Positions 1-12,333 of a DNA stretch of 64,000 nucleotides are shown here, one piece after another. Made by a program: the position numbers and the translations under genes. Within the stretch, counting starts at the first letter, position 1. Each line of letters begins with the position of its first letter. The notes below the pieces were generated by a model. The model made no database searches, was not told the origin of the DNA, and saw nothing but the letters and a program-made list of their open reading frames with translations. The DNA is from Hydrolagus colliei (lineage: Eukaryota), in the NCBI GenBank assembly GCA_035084275.1, contig CM068743.1:14880001-14944000 (forward strand), in the 5' to 3' direction.

Positions 1-1199
1 TGTCTGGCAAGCATTCCCACTTTTCAAGCTAGGAACTACCCTATCTGGATTGCAGGTTCCTGCCGACCAGCCAAGGCTGGCTCGGCTGCCATCAGCAGTG
101 CCCTGAAGTACCTTGGACCTGCCTGGCTCAGGAACTACACTAACGAGACTGCCACAGAGAGTGGACCTGAATCTGACATCTTGTTGACTTGACCTCTGGG
201 ATGAGATTTTGAATTATTTACATTTTATAATGATTCTATTGTAAATCTCACTTGAAATACTCAAGGAATACTGCTCACATGTTTGAAAAGGTGTAGATCC
301 ATCATGTTACCCTCCGAGGAGCCACAGCTTGCTTACTCTGGCTAATTGTTCACAGTGCAGGATTAATTTAACAAGTACGAGGTGATTACAAATTACAGTA
401 CCGAGAAATTGAGGCCCTAGGAAACTGCTCAGTCAATATGTTATCTCACCAAGATGAGCTGGTTAATCATTTATAAGTTTAAACCTGTGTGGATATTTTA
501 ATCTCCCACAGTTAATACCCCGATCTGCATACCGCAATGTAACACAAACAGCTATGAAGTGAATGATCAATTTTATGTGAGAGTTATTGGTCAGAGCATT
601 GAGAAAACTCCTTTCTCTTTATGAATAATGTCATGGGATCTTTAGCATCCACCTAAACAGGAACTCAGTTTCAAATCTCATCTGAATGACAGCATCTACA
701 AGAATGCCCTGATACAACATCGATACGCCCACAAATACAGTAAATTTTCCTACTCTTCTTCATCCTGCCCCTCCCCCTCCCCCCCTGCTCTTGTCCCGAC
801 ATAACTGTACAGCGCCTTGGGACATCCTCTCGACGTGAAAGGTGCTATATAAATGTAAGTTTTGATTGATTGTTGATTGATACTGCACTGGAGCGTAGAC
901 TTAGACTACGTGAAATCAAAGTCCCAATGTGGGGTTTGAACCCACGTTATTCTGAATCAGGTTGCCACCAACTGAACTTGGCTGACACCTGAACTTTCAA
1001 GTTTGCGGATTGGCTCTTCCAGCAATTGGAATCCAAATAGAAACAATGTAATCCATTCACAGAGCTCTGATAGGAATCAGAATTGCAGGAGTGAAGCAGA
1101 AATTGGATCTTTTCTGGAGATAATGTTGAAGCACCCTGAGATACTACCCAACATGAATGACCTATACAAATGCAAGCTGTTGTTATTGTTGAAGGGAGC

Positions 1200-4100
1200 A
1201 AGCAACCCCCAAACATACGTATTCAAACCCATGCACAAAAGACTACTTTCTGGCCTACACTCCTCTATCCAGATGACCTTTATGAAGAGGAGGAAGCATT
1301 TATTTTGCTGTGTCTACTGTCACATAAATGACAATGTTTGCAAGTACACCATTGATGAGCACATGAATTCTCTGAAACATTGTGAATGCAAGCCAGGCAC
1401 AATGAAGAAAATATATATGATGATAAAACAAAATTGATATATATACAGTGCTGTATAATATTAAATGTAAATGTATCATTATTTAATTACACTTTAATTT
1501 TGAAAGAAAACATTAATTTATATGACTACAAAAGTTAATCTCCCTTTTAATTTTAAAAACACATAAAACAACCACAGCAAGGATAAATAGATAGAATATT
1601 TCTAATGACAAGTGCATTATGAAGATCAATTTTTATTTTTTTCTATCTAAGTGGATCTGGGCTTCTAAAACAACTTGTTCTGACAATTTGCTTCTCTAGA
1701 GCCACTGCATCAACTAGGGAGAGGAAGAATTGAATAGGGACTTTGTCCAGTGTTTGACTAGACCGCTTGAAAAAGCTCCTGCCTTCCAAGAGTTTCTATG
1801 CAAGTACACAAAATAAGGATAGACTATTTCAACACCTTTACAGTTTAGTAATCCATACTTGGAGGAGCTTATTCCTGAGCTGGAAGCATTTTTGAAGAAG
1901 CATGTTGAGGACACTGATGTGTACCTGTTCCTGGATGAGATCACTGATTCCATTAGGCTCAGTGTTCTGGCAGTGCTAGCACAGCCATGGCAGAAAGTTA
2001 GAGAGAAGCCTCTTCTTATTTGAATAGAATTATTGCAGCGAGTCAACAACTCCACTGTATCACAAGCGCTTCTAAGATTTTAAATATAAAAATGGCTAAC
2101 TTTGATGAAGGGCTTGCATTTGGTACAGACAGTGCAACCTACATGTCCAAAGCATTTAACATAATTCTGTCGGGATTACTTCCTAATGCAATACATATTC
2201 CATGCATTGTCCATCTTCTGAACTTGATTTTGGAAATTGGACATGTTATCCGGAGGATTTAAACACAGTGGTTGCTATGGTGAAGAAAATCTTCTGCCAT
2301 AGTCCAATGCGCCGGTATCAGACCTTGGAATTTATAGAGACTAAGGATGGAATTAAACCACAGATGCCAGTCTTTGCTGTTCAGATGCATTGGGGCTCCT
2401 GGGTGAAGGCTGTTGAATATTTTTGTGGGTACTACCTGTCTTGGTGGACCTTTTAAAGGAATTGCATCAGAGGCCTTGGCAGTGAAAAAACCTGCACTTG
2501 AACAATAATGTTGGAGAGTTGCAAGCCCAAGCAACCTTTGTCACAGAGCACTTATCTGAGCTCACAAAACTCAAAAGAATGTTAGGCAACAGCTCTGCAT
2601 CAGGGCCACGATCTGTAGTTACGAGTATAAACTTTACATTTCTTTATTGATTTCAGTGCCACTGCTGGAGCACAGGAGTGGAGACCAAAGACAGTGGAAA
2701 AATTCACTGAGAGTAAGTATTTCCAGAGAATCATTCATGCAAGACAGCAGTGAAAAGTTGGGACTGATTTTGAAAAAGCATCCGTCAATTGCTACCTATA
2801 AAGCAATTAGTATTTTTGACTCTCACCATCTAACAATAGTGGATGCAGAAAAAGAATTATACAACAATGTGATTCTTGCCCTTTCAACTACAGGTAAACC
2901 TCTATTTAAGACGGGGTTGCGATCCTGAAAAACTGTTCTCAGATCGAAACGTCCAAAATTGAAACGTGGTTTCCTATGCGGTCCCATTATATAACCTGAG
3001 ATGCATTCTTTTCACAAAAATTTTGGACCTTAAACCCACTAAATAACACACAAAACACACAAAATAATACACATAGGCAAGAAGGTGTACTTAGGGTAAC
3101 TGTACAGTAGCGTACGTTAATACTGGCAAACTTTAATACAGTCCTATGTTTTGATAATCTGCTTACACCTGTAGCTGTAACACACCTTGAACTTGCCAGT
3201 ATATTGTCCTTATTCAGTGTTAGCCCTCGTCGATCTAGCTAGCCCTAAAGCCCTCCCGACATCCGTACCTTTTTTGCCAGACTCGATGCGCTTTATCACC
3301 TCTAATTTCGTATTTAAAGTGATGACTTTGCAAGGTTTCTGGCCGCTAGCGGTATTACCACTGATCATTTCACTTACTACTGTCTTTTCCCAACATGGTA
3401 TAAACGCGGTAGAGGCTGTAAATCGCTCGAAGTTGCTCGGGAATGTTCGGAAATTACTGTAATACTGACGTGGCGCGGTGTCCCTTCAAAATCAGCTAGG
3501 TTTTAAACAATGACATCGCGACATGCTATTGGCCAGTTCAAAACTTGGATACACTATATCAGGTGCGAGCGCGATTTATCCGTGAATACACTATGGACTG
3601 TGCTTATGGACATAAAGGACACACCCCAAAAATGACTGTGATATTCAAAATATGGACTGCGCATGTGCAAAAAATAATTTTGTTTGTTAAAACAAAACCA
3701 AGTGTCATATATTGATAAAAAGGTGTTAAAAAATTATGTTTGTTCAATCGAAATGTCCTAAATAGAAGCATCCTTAATTGAGGCTTACCTGTACTTCAAT
3801 CTTTGAATGACATGCTTATGAAGTGGCTGGAGAAAATATTGCAGCTGCAAACCACAAAATAGCAGTATTGGGGAGCTTATTGAAACCTGCTCGAATTGCA
3901 ATAAGGTACATTTGGCTACCAGTGAGCACATCTGACATTGAAAGGTCATTTATTCAGATCTTCTGAGAGATAATAAACAAACTCTACAGATGAAAATATC
4001 AAGATTCTTCTTATGTTAAAGTTTGAAGAGCAGTAAACTGCTGAGAATTTTTGGTTTGTGTCTAAGAAAAGTTGAATGAGAAAAAGTTAATTTCCCTACA

Positions 4101-4440
4101 AACTGTGTTAAACCTGCACCTTTGCATCTTTACAAATGCTTATATTCTTTTTTGGTTGGAAAAAATATCAATAAATTGTTGTTTTTCTAATAATCTATGA
4201 TGTGTTATTTCTTCATGTCTAGATTAAAAAAATTAGAAAAGAGAAAAAATATAGGTTAGCAGCAAAATGCGTCTCTTAACAGTATCAATCAGCCCTCCAC
4301 AATTCCCTGCAAAATTTAGCAAACATCTCTGAAATGCCCTGCAAAGTTTGCAGAGATCTATAAAACGTTTTGCAAATATTTCTACCCTTTTATATTCAGC
4401 CACATTATTGCAGCATACAAAGCAAGGCTTTTCCACCCTA
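1200..4440 (+). mobile_element. Degenerate hAT DNA transposon with CGGBP1-like transposase remnants
   Basis: Fragments in order: LFCCVYCH...TIDEHMNSLKH (Zn finger), DFVQCLTRPLEKAPAFQEFL, LDEITD, TDSATYMSKA...HIPCIVHLLNL, MHWGSW, and YIWLPVSTSDIERSF (3907-3951, hAT dimerisation motif); many stops and frameshifts. Confidence 0.85.
2891..3791 (-). mobile_element. Tigger/pogo-like non-autonomous element nested in the hAT fossil
   Basis: TA target duplications; TIRs CAGGTAAACCTCTATTTAAG and CTTAATTGAGGCTTACCTG; minus strand encodes KVITLNTKLEVIKRIESGKKGTDVGRALGLARST (CENP-B-type HTH). Confidence 0.88.
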
Positions 4441-4675
4441 ATGTGTATTGGACAAGCAACACATACTGGAATTGTAACCCACCTTTCTGACTCTCCGAAA
4501 CAGATTTCTACTTTCACGCTGGGAACTGATAATATTCTCCACAATAATTATACTAATGAGACTTCTATTGCATTGTAGTAAACTTTCCTATTGTAGTACA
4601 TACCAATATTCTAATTTGGTTAATCTTGCAACATTTTATTTTCTCTAATATTTCAACATTTTCCATTTTGTCAAG

Positions 4676-7013
4676 GTCTTAGTATATGGGAAATGAGGTA
4701 GGGCAAGTTCAACAGGTTTCTGTAGGTGAGCATCTAGGGAATAGTGACCACAATATCGTTAGATTCAGAATAATTATGGAAAGGGATAAGGAACGATCAC
4801 AGGTGAGGACACTCAACTGGAAAAGGGCTAATTTCAATGAGTTGAGGTGGGACCTAGCCAAGGTGGATTGGAAAGAAAAATTGGCAGGTAAGACAACTAA
4901 CGAGCAGTGGGCAGCGTTCAAAGAGGAGATAGTTCAGGCACAGGTCAAAAGCATCCCCACAAAGGTGAAATGTAAGGCATCCAAACCTCCCTGGATGACT
5001 AAGGAAATCGGGGCCAAAATAAAACAAAAAAAAGAGGCTTATGATAAGTGTCAGGCTCAAAATTCAGAAGGGAACCAAGCAGAATATAGGAAGTGTAGGA
5101 TAGAACTAAAAAAGGAAGTTAGAGGGGCAAAGAGACTGCATGAAAAACAAATAGCGAGTAAGATTAAGGGGAACCCTAAGGTTTTTTACCAACATATTAA
5201 GAGTAACAGGTTGGTCAAGGATAGGGTGGGGCCAATTAGGGACCTAGGAGGAAATCTCATTGTGGAGGCAGAGGGCATGGCTGATGTACTGAATGAGTAC
5301 TTCGCCTCTGTCTTTACAAAAGAAAATGATACAGCCAATGCCATGGTATTAGAGGAGAGGGTAGGAGAAATGGATAGAATAATTATAACCAGAGAGGAAG
5401 TTCTAAAAAGGTTGACGTCGCTCAAGGTGGATAAGTCACCTGGTCCGGATGGGATGCACCCTAGGTTACTAAGGGAGGCACGGGAGCAAATAGCAGGGAC
5501 TCTGGCCACGATCTTTCAATCTTCCTTGGACACAGGGGTCGTGCCAGAGGACTGGAGGATAGCTAATGTTACTCCCTTGTATAAAAAAGGGCAGAAGGAC
5601 AAGCCTGGTAACTATAGACCAGTCAGTCTAACGTCGGTAGTGGGCAAACTTCTAGAGTCCATAATCAGGGACAAGGTAGATCTTCACTTAGAAAGATATA
5701 GGCTAATAAAGGACAGTCAACATGGATTTGTTAAAGGCAAATCTTGCCTTACAAATCTGATAGAATTTTTTGATGAGGTAACGGAATGGGTGGATAATGG
5801 TAGCGCAGTTGATGTAGTTTACATGGACTTTCAAAAGGCATTTGACAAAGTGCCACATGAGAGACTTATTATGAAATTAAAGGCCCATGGCGTAAAAGGG
5901 ACAGTGGCAGCGTAGATCCACAACTGGCTACGAGACAGAAAGCAGAGAGTTGTAGTGAGCGGCTGTTTTTCAGATTGGAGTGAAGTGAGCAGTGGTGTGC
6001 CACAGGGATCAGTTTTGGGACCATTGCTGTTTGTAATCTACATCAATGATCTGGACTTGGGTGTACGGAGTACAGTTTCCAAGTTTGCAGATGACACTAA
6101 GTTAGGGAGAATAGTAAACAGTGAGGAGGATAGTAACCATCTGCAAGAGGATATAGACAAATTGGTAAAGTGGGCAGACACATGGCAGATGAAGTTTAAT
6201 GCAGAGAAGTGTGCGGTGATGCATTTTGGGAGAAGAAATGAAGGGAGGCAATATAGGCTAGATAGTACAATTTTAAATGGTGTAAAGGAACAGAGAGACC
6301 TGGGGATTTGTGTTAGTGACTCGTTGAAGGTGGCAGGACAGGTAGACAAGGCTGTTAAGAAGGCATATGGGATACTAGGCTTTATAAATAGGGGTATAGA
6401 GTACAAAAGTCAGGAAGTGCTGACTAACCTCTATAGGACTTTGGTGAGGCCTCAGCTGGAATACTGTGTTCAATTCTGGTCACCACACTACAGAAAGGAT
6501 GTGAAGGCATTGGAAAGGGTACAACGAAGATTTACTAGGATGGTGCCAGGATTGAGGGACTTCAGCTATGAGGAGAGGCTAGATAGGCTAGGGTTATTCT
6601 CTCTGGAGCAGAGAAGATTGAGGGGAGACCTAATAGAGGTTTATAAGATCATGAGGGGTTTCGACAGGGCAAATAGAGAAAAACTATTTCCACTCGTGGG
6701 TGAATCTGTGACTCGTGGTCACAGATTTAAAATAGTTTCAAGGCGAAGTAGAGGGGAGCTGAGGAGAAATTTTTTCACTCAGCGAGTTGTTCGAATCTGG
6801 AATGCATTGCCTGAAAAGGTGGTGGAGGCTGATTCGATAACAACTTTTAAAAGGGAATTAGATCTTTATTTAGGGAGAACGGGTCTATTAGGCTATGGGG
6901 AGCGGGCAGGGCAGTGGGATTGAATCACTCTTTTCAAAGAGCCAGCACAGACTAGATGGGCCGAATGGCCTCCTTTTGTGCCGTAAAGTTCTATGATTCT
7001 ATGATTCTATGAT
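4676..7013 (+). mobile_element. Young 5'-truncated CR1 LINE (ORF2 RT)
   Basis: [30 protein letters not shown] and KFADD motifs; single nonsense codon TAG at 5913 (TGG in the sister copy); (ATTCTATG)n tail. Confidence 0.96.
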
Positions 7014-8519
7014 TTGCTGCAGTGTAAACTGTCATACTATACTAACCATTCTTTAAGAGTACAGGTCTACATCAATAGTCAATCATACAAGCACCTATAT
7101 TAAAGAAAGAATATGAAGTTTTATAGTAGCTCAACAGATTGAAATTTGGATGAAATGTTAAACTGAGATCCCCTTCTCTTGTTCAGGTGAACCTTAAAAG
7201 ATCTCATGCTGCTATTCAAAGAGAAAAGGAAGTTCCTCCTGATCTCCCAGTCAAAACATTTTTTAAATAAAATTGGTCATTTCCATGAGTGCTGATTGTG
7301 GGAGATTACTATGAGCAAACTGGCTGCCTTGTTAAATAATAATAATAATAAGCCTTTTATTTCATATTGAGCTTGATCACATCTTCAAGACGTCTCAAAG
7401 CACTTCACGGAATATACTGTAATGTGCAGTGATCTGTATAGTTTCTGAGCAAAACGCGGCAGCCAATTGCGCACAACAGTGTCCCACATTGAGTGGCCCA
7501 ATCATAATTTTTTTTGCATTCTTATAAAGGGATCATTACTCCCCCTTAATTAACTTTCAGGATCTATTTATTTTTGGCGGAATTTACAACTGAAAGGGTG
7601 AAAACAAATGTCGAGGGCGTTCGTTTTAAAATCAATCAATCAAAATTTACATTTATGTAGCGCCTTTCAGGTCGAGAGGACGTCCCAAGGCTCTGTACAG
7701 TTAGGTAGGGACAAGAGCAGTGGGGAGGGGTTGGGGCAGGATGAAGAAGAGTAGGAAAATTGACTGTAGATTTATGGGTGAAATACGGCAGCCAAATTGC
7801 GCACAGCAGTGTCCCACAAACAGTCATAGAAGTGAGATTAAGGGATAAAGGGGGCAAAGATGGCAAGGGGAGGGGTCGCGGTATGGGGGTAGGGTGAAGG
7901 AGAACAGGAAAGCCGAATGTATAAAATGACAGTGAAAATCGCATAATATTGGTTTGCCTATAAAAATGCTTTGAGATGAACTCCCAACATTGAAAGACAC
8001 GATATAAAATGTAAGAATTATTACTACAATTAAAACCTCAAACGACTTAAAAGTACTTATTTTAACCAGTGATTGTTTATTGTAAACGAGTCAGCTATTT
8101 TCGTGCACAGTAATGTCTCACAAATAGCTAGCAAGCGGATGACCAATTTATCTGGAGGATGGTTGGCCAGGGCACCGAATAAAATCAGCGGCCCTTTGCA
8201 AATAACATTAAGGAATCTTTAACATACAGCTGAACAGACAGATGGGATCTTACCCAACAAAGCAGGCCAGCTCAAGTACTGCATTGGATGTCAGCCCGAT
8301 TTGCGATCTCAAATCCTGGCATGAGTTTGTACCTGCAATTTTCTGACTCAGAGAAGAATTCAGTTCTATCAACTGAATTAGGCTGACATCTAAAGTCTCA
8401 GTGTAGAGCTCACTGAAAAATTTATGGAAAAGCCATTACACTTTCTCTCCTTCCTGGAATCTATCCGATTTACCCACTCCTCATACTGCGTAGTTAACAA
8501 CAAATGCTGATCTTTATTC

Positions 8520-8780
8520 CTGGGCAATAAAATAAACTGCTCCAATACAAATTGCAGCATTTTAACAAGGGAATAGCTGTTAATCTGCTTTATTATTGAA
8601 AAACAAATTTATCTAAATAGAACTATCTGCTGATTCGAATGCTGCAATTGGATCCAATGGGTAATCTTCCATCTGATAAAATGTATTAATAATTATCAAA
8701 CATGACTTGGTTATCAGGGTTTGCTGACCAGCGTATGTTCAGCACAGGCTGTTAGTGCTAAAGGTTCACTATAAATGCAC
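8520..8780 (+). promoter_or_regulatory. Putative slc6a19 proximal promoter
   Basis: TATAAAT at 8770-8776; HNF1-like ATTAATAATTATC at 8685-8697; GATA motifs at 8674, 8693 and 8711; CDX-like GCAATAAA at 8524; no recognisable TE in this stretch. Confidence 0.6.
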
Positions 8781-8919
8781 CTCGTTAGCATTAGCACCTT
8801 TCATTTGGTTCTGAATACCACCTCCCCCTTGCACCTGTCAGTTCCCAGTTAGAGACAGTGTGTACCTATACTTGTGTTAGTAGTTTAAGCGATAGCAGTT
8901 TATCGCTTACTGAGGCACA

Positions 8920-9121
8920 ATGGTGAGACTCTGCTTGCCAAACCCAGGCTTGGAAGATAGAATTCCATCCTACGCTGAGCTGGAGAAGAGGGAAGTGGAA
9001 GAGGTGGATGACAGACCCAAATGGGACAACAAGGCCCAGTACATGTTAACATGTGTTGGATTTTGTGTGGGATTGGGAAATGTCTGGCGTTTCCCCTACC
9101 TTTGTCAGAGCCACGGAGGAG
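8920..9121 (+). CDS. slc6a19: SLC6A19 (B0AT1) coding exon 1, 202 nt
   Basis: [17 protein letters not shown]...[36 protein letters not shown] matches the SLC6A19 N-terminus and TM1; donor G|gtaagt at 9122. Confidence 0.96.
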
Positions 9122-10849
9122 GTAAGTAACCCAGCATAAATCTGGAAATGTTTTGATAAAGAAGCAAAGGAGGCATGCCGATAATGTTCCCCATTTATCT
9201 GAAAATGTTTATTACATTATATGTTAGATCCAATGCGCAAAATAAGCATTTCTTTCTGGTGATCTGAGAGGAAGCAATTCCCACTGGAACTATTCTAGCA
9301 TTTTCTTACGTGGTTCTGAAAAGAAGCTACAGATAAACTTCATTAATGTTAAGACTGCATTTAAGAATTTGTCAAATTTAACAAGCTCCGAAATGCTAAG
9401 AAAATAGAATAAGTCTAGAATGATTTCCGCTTGGGTTTAGATAAATAAAGGCTTGACTCAGCAGCATCTGCAAGTCACACTGAGAGAAGTAAAGACAAAT
9501 AATGTGTATGAATAATGTATGTCCCTGCATTTGATTTTGCTAGTTCTGTTAAATATTTCAATGTGTGTCTTAAATAGAATTGTGGAAATCCCTATATATT
9601 TACTATGCATTACTGCCCACCTGTGAAACCAATTAATTGGAGCCAGTGAATATGACAGCTTTGGTAGTATTACTAAGCTAACTAAATGATTTTTTTTGCA
9701 CTATTAATTGGTTATATGCATTTTTAATATTATTTGTTATTATTTTGTAATATATTGTTTGGATGGCAGTCTATATGTTAGTGTGGCAAATGCACATGCG
9801 TATATAATAATTTCAAATACTAATCCTTCTAAACGCCTTGAATCCAATTTTGATATGCGTCTCTCAGACTTCAATGTGTTTAGACGTAAAGCAAACACCC
9901 CTTCGGTTTGTACGATATCACAATCTGTTACAATATCATTGAAGGACTGCATCAATGCAGTTACATAATATCTCTAAAATCATTTGTGCTTCTGTTATCG
10001 TTATACTATTTAGGATGCTGTCATATCTGTAGCAAAATAATGTTTTCATGTTAAAAGAAGTTTAAATTAAATTCAATGTATCCTATCTATGGAATATTGC
10101 TAGGACACTGAGATGGGCGTGTTTTGGAGTAAAGCTTTAATCTATGCTCCGAAGTAAAGTGTCTGATCAGATGGGGGAGGGAGTTTGACTTCGGGCGGTA
10201 CACTGGTCACACTGTAATGCAGGTGTCGCTTAAGGAGTACGAAAAACCTCCCGTGGAGCAGAATGGCAAAATCTCGCTTGATTTGGACTTCTACTCATTA
10301 CAAGACTGGTGTTATATTTCGTATATTTTTGATAGAATAAAAGAGGAATGTGACCACATGGAAAGCCATCTGATGCAAATTTTAAAACAATTGATAATCA
10401 AGAAAAAAAGTCCACAAATTGTTTGATCGCTTACAACAACAACAACTTCGATTTATATAGCGCCCTCCATGCCAGACGGCATCTCAGAATGCTTAGGGCA
10501 GGGTGAACCAGTCTTTGGGCTGCTCAAGACTGGATCCCCTATTTGAGAAATGTCCGTGCATGAGCAATATTTTTGTATTTCCCTTTGAGTGACACAAGAT
10601 AACAATTTACATAATGCCTTTATCACGTTGGAAGGATGTCTCAAAGCGCTCATCACTGCTGGCTTGGCACCGGAACTGGGAATGGGAGCCAAGGGAGTTG
10701 GACGGAGAGGGGAAAAGGGGAACGAAAAACACGGTCAAAGAGTTGGACCTTGATGTATCTTGAAAGAGGGGAGGGAGCTCCAGAGAGAGGGGAAAAAATA
10801 ATGGCGAAGAAAGGGGCAAATGAAAGGACAAGAAGCTGGTGTTTACTGC

Positions 10850-11014
10850 GCAAGAGAGGTAAAAGAGAGCTAGACATTTATTTGGGGAGGACAGGTTTTG
10901 CGCGGTTATGGGGAGAGAGCTGGGGAATGGGATTTAATTGCTCTTTTTGAAAGAGCCGGCACATACTTGATGGTCAGAATGGCCTCCTGTTGTGCCATAA
11001 GATTCTATGATTCT
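10850..11014 (+). mobile_element. CR1 3' tail fragment
   Basis: Similar to 6850-7010; ends GATTCTATGATTCTA. Confidence 0.85.
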
Positions 11015-11239
11015 AAGAGGACCAGCCGGGTCGGGAGGTGCAAGAGAAACGATGGGTAAGGGAATGAAGGCCAACAAGGAGTTTCTCATTGAGGAAAGAA
11101 GAAGCTTTCTGTGAGAAAACTTCATGTAGTGTCTGCCCTTAGATCCCTTCCACCATCTCTAGCAGCAGCCAACAACACCAACAAAATTGCACTTATATAG
11201 AGCCTTACATGTCAGGGGGACGTCCCAAGGCGCACTTGC

Positions 11240-11545
11240 ACTCTTCTTGCTCTCTCACATACACTTATTCTTTTAATTTCTCTCTCTTACTGCCCTCTCG
11301 CCCTCTCTCTCTCCCTCCTCTCTCTTACCCTTAGCCACTCGTTCTCTTTCTCTCCCTCCTCTTTCACACACTCTCTCTTTCTCTCCTGTCTCTCTATCAC
11401 TCTCTCTCATACCTCTCCCTCAATCACTCTCTCCCTCAACCTTTCTCTCTCTATCACTCTTTCTCCTCCTCTATCACTCTCGCTCTGCTGCCCCCACTCT
11501 TTCTCTCTCTCTCTCACTCTCTCAATCACTCTCTCTCCCCCTATC
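11240..11545. repeat. Degenerate (CT)n polypyrimidine tract
   Basis: Visible low-complexity tract. Confidence 0.9.
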
Positions 11546-12333
11546 TCAAACACTGTTTCTAATAATAATCTACATAATATATAATGATGTATAATATATA
11601 ATAATGCCTCTAATAATAATCCTTGCATTTAACAAAGCGTCTAATCACATCATTGAGATGTCTCAAAGCGCTTCATAGAATATATTGTAAAGGAAACTGA
11701 TTGTACATTTTGGTGGCGAAACCCTGTTAAACCATGATTGTGTAACTATAGTGGCCATTTCAGCTTGTGATGAATTGGATCTTAGAAAGAGCGGTCACTT
11801 ATCACAAGAGACTTTAGCAGGCCATTTGTTAGTAATCTAGATTTTTTTTCAACCTGCTGTAATTCCAAAAAATAAAGGTGCTATTACTTCAGGGAGATTT
11901 TCACGCTTTAAGATTTTTTTTAAATGCAAGGATTTAGCTGGGCCCAGGCCAGCCAGATGTTTGCTGAAGTGTTAAGAACAATGAAACAGACGCATTAGCA
12001 AAGAATCAAATTGACAAATGGAGAGAATGTTTTTTGAGGGCACCAGGGATTCTGAGAACAGACGAGGGAAAGAGTTAACTATAATACCATTTACAGCATA
12101 CTGTAGAATAAGACTCAAATCCAGTGATGTTTTCATTCTTTTATATTTTTTATATAAATTGAGAATTTAAATCATTGCTAAGCTGTAGGGTATAATCGTC
12201 ATTGATTTAAATGAATATTAAATTAAACTGAATATTCAACACTGTGTTAGTAGTGCAGGTAATGCACAACAGCAACAACAAACTTACATTGATAGAGTGT
12301 CTTTCACGTCGGGCGGACCTCCCAAGGTGCTGA

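Noticed and set aside
1003-1437. Functional CGGBP1-like gene
   Set aside because: Downstream homologous segments contain stops and frameshifts; best read as a transposon fossil.
6038-6406. 122-aa antisense ORF duplicated at 45009-45377
   Set aside because: It is the antisense shadow of two near-identical CR1 copies; there is no independent evidence for a gene.
8886-8909. Iron-responsive element in the slc6a19 5' UTR
   Set aside because: The loop is GCAGUU, not CAGUGN on a 5-bp stem with a bulged C.
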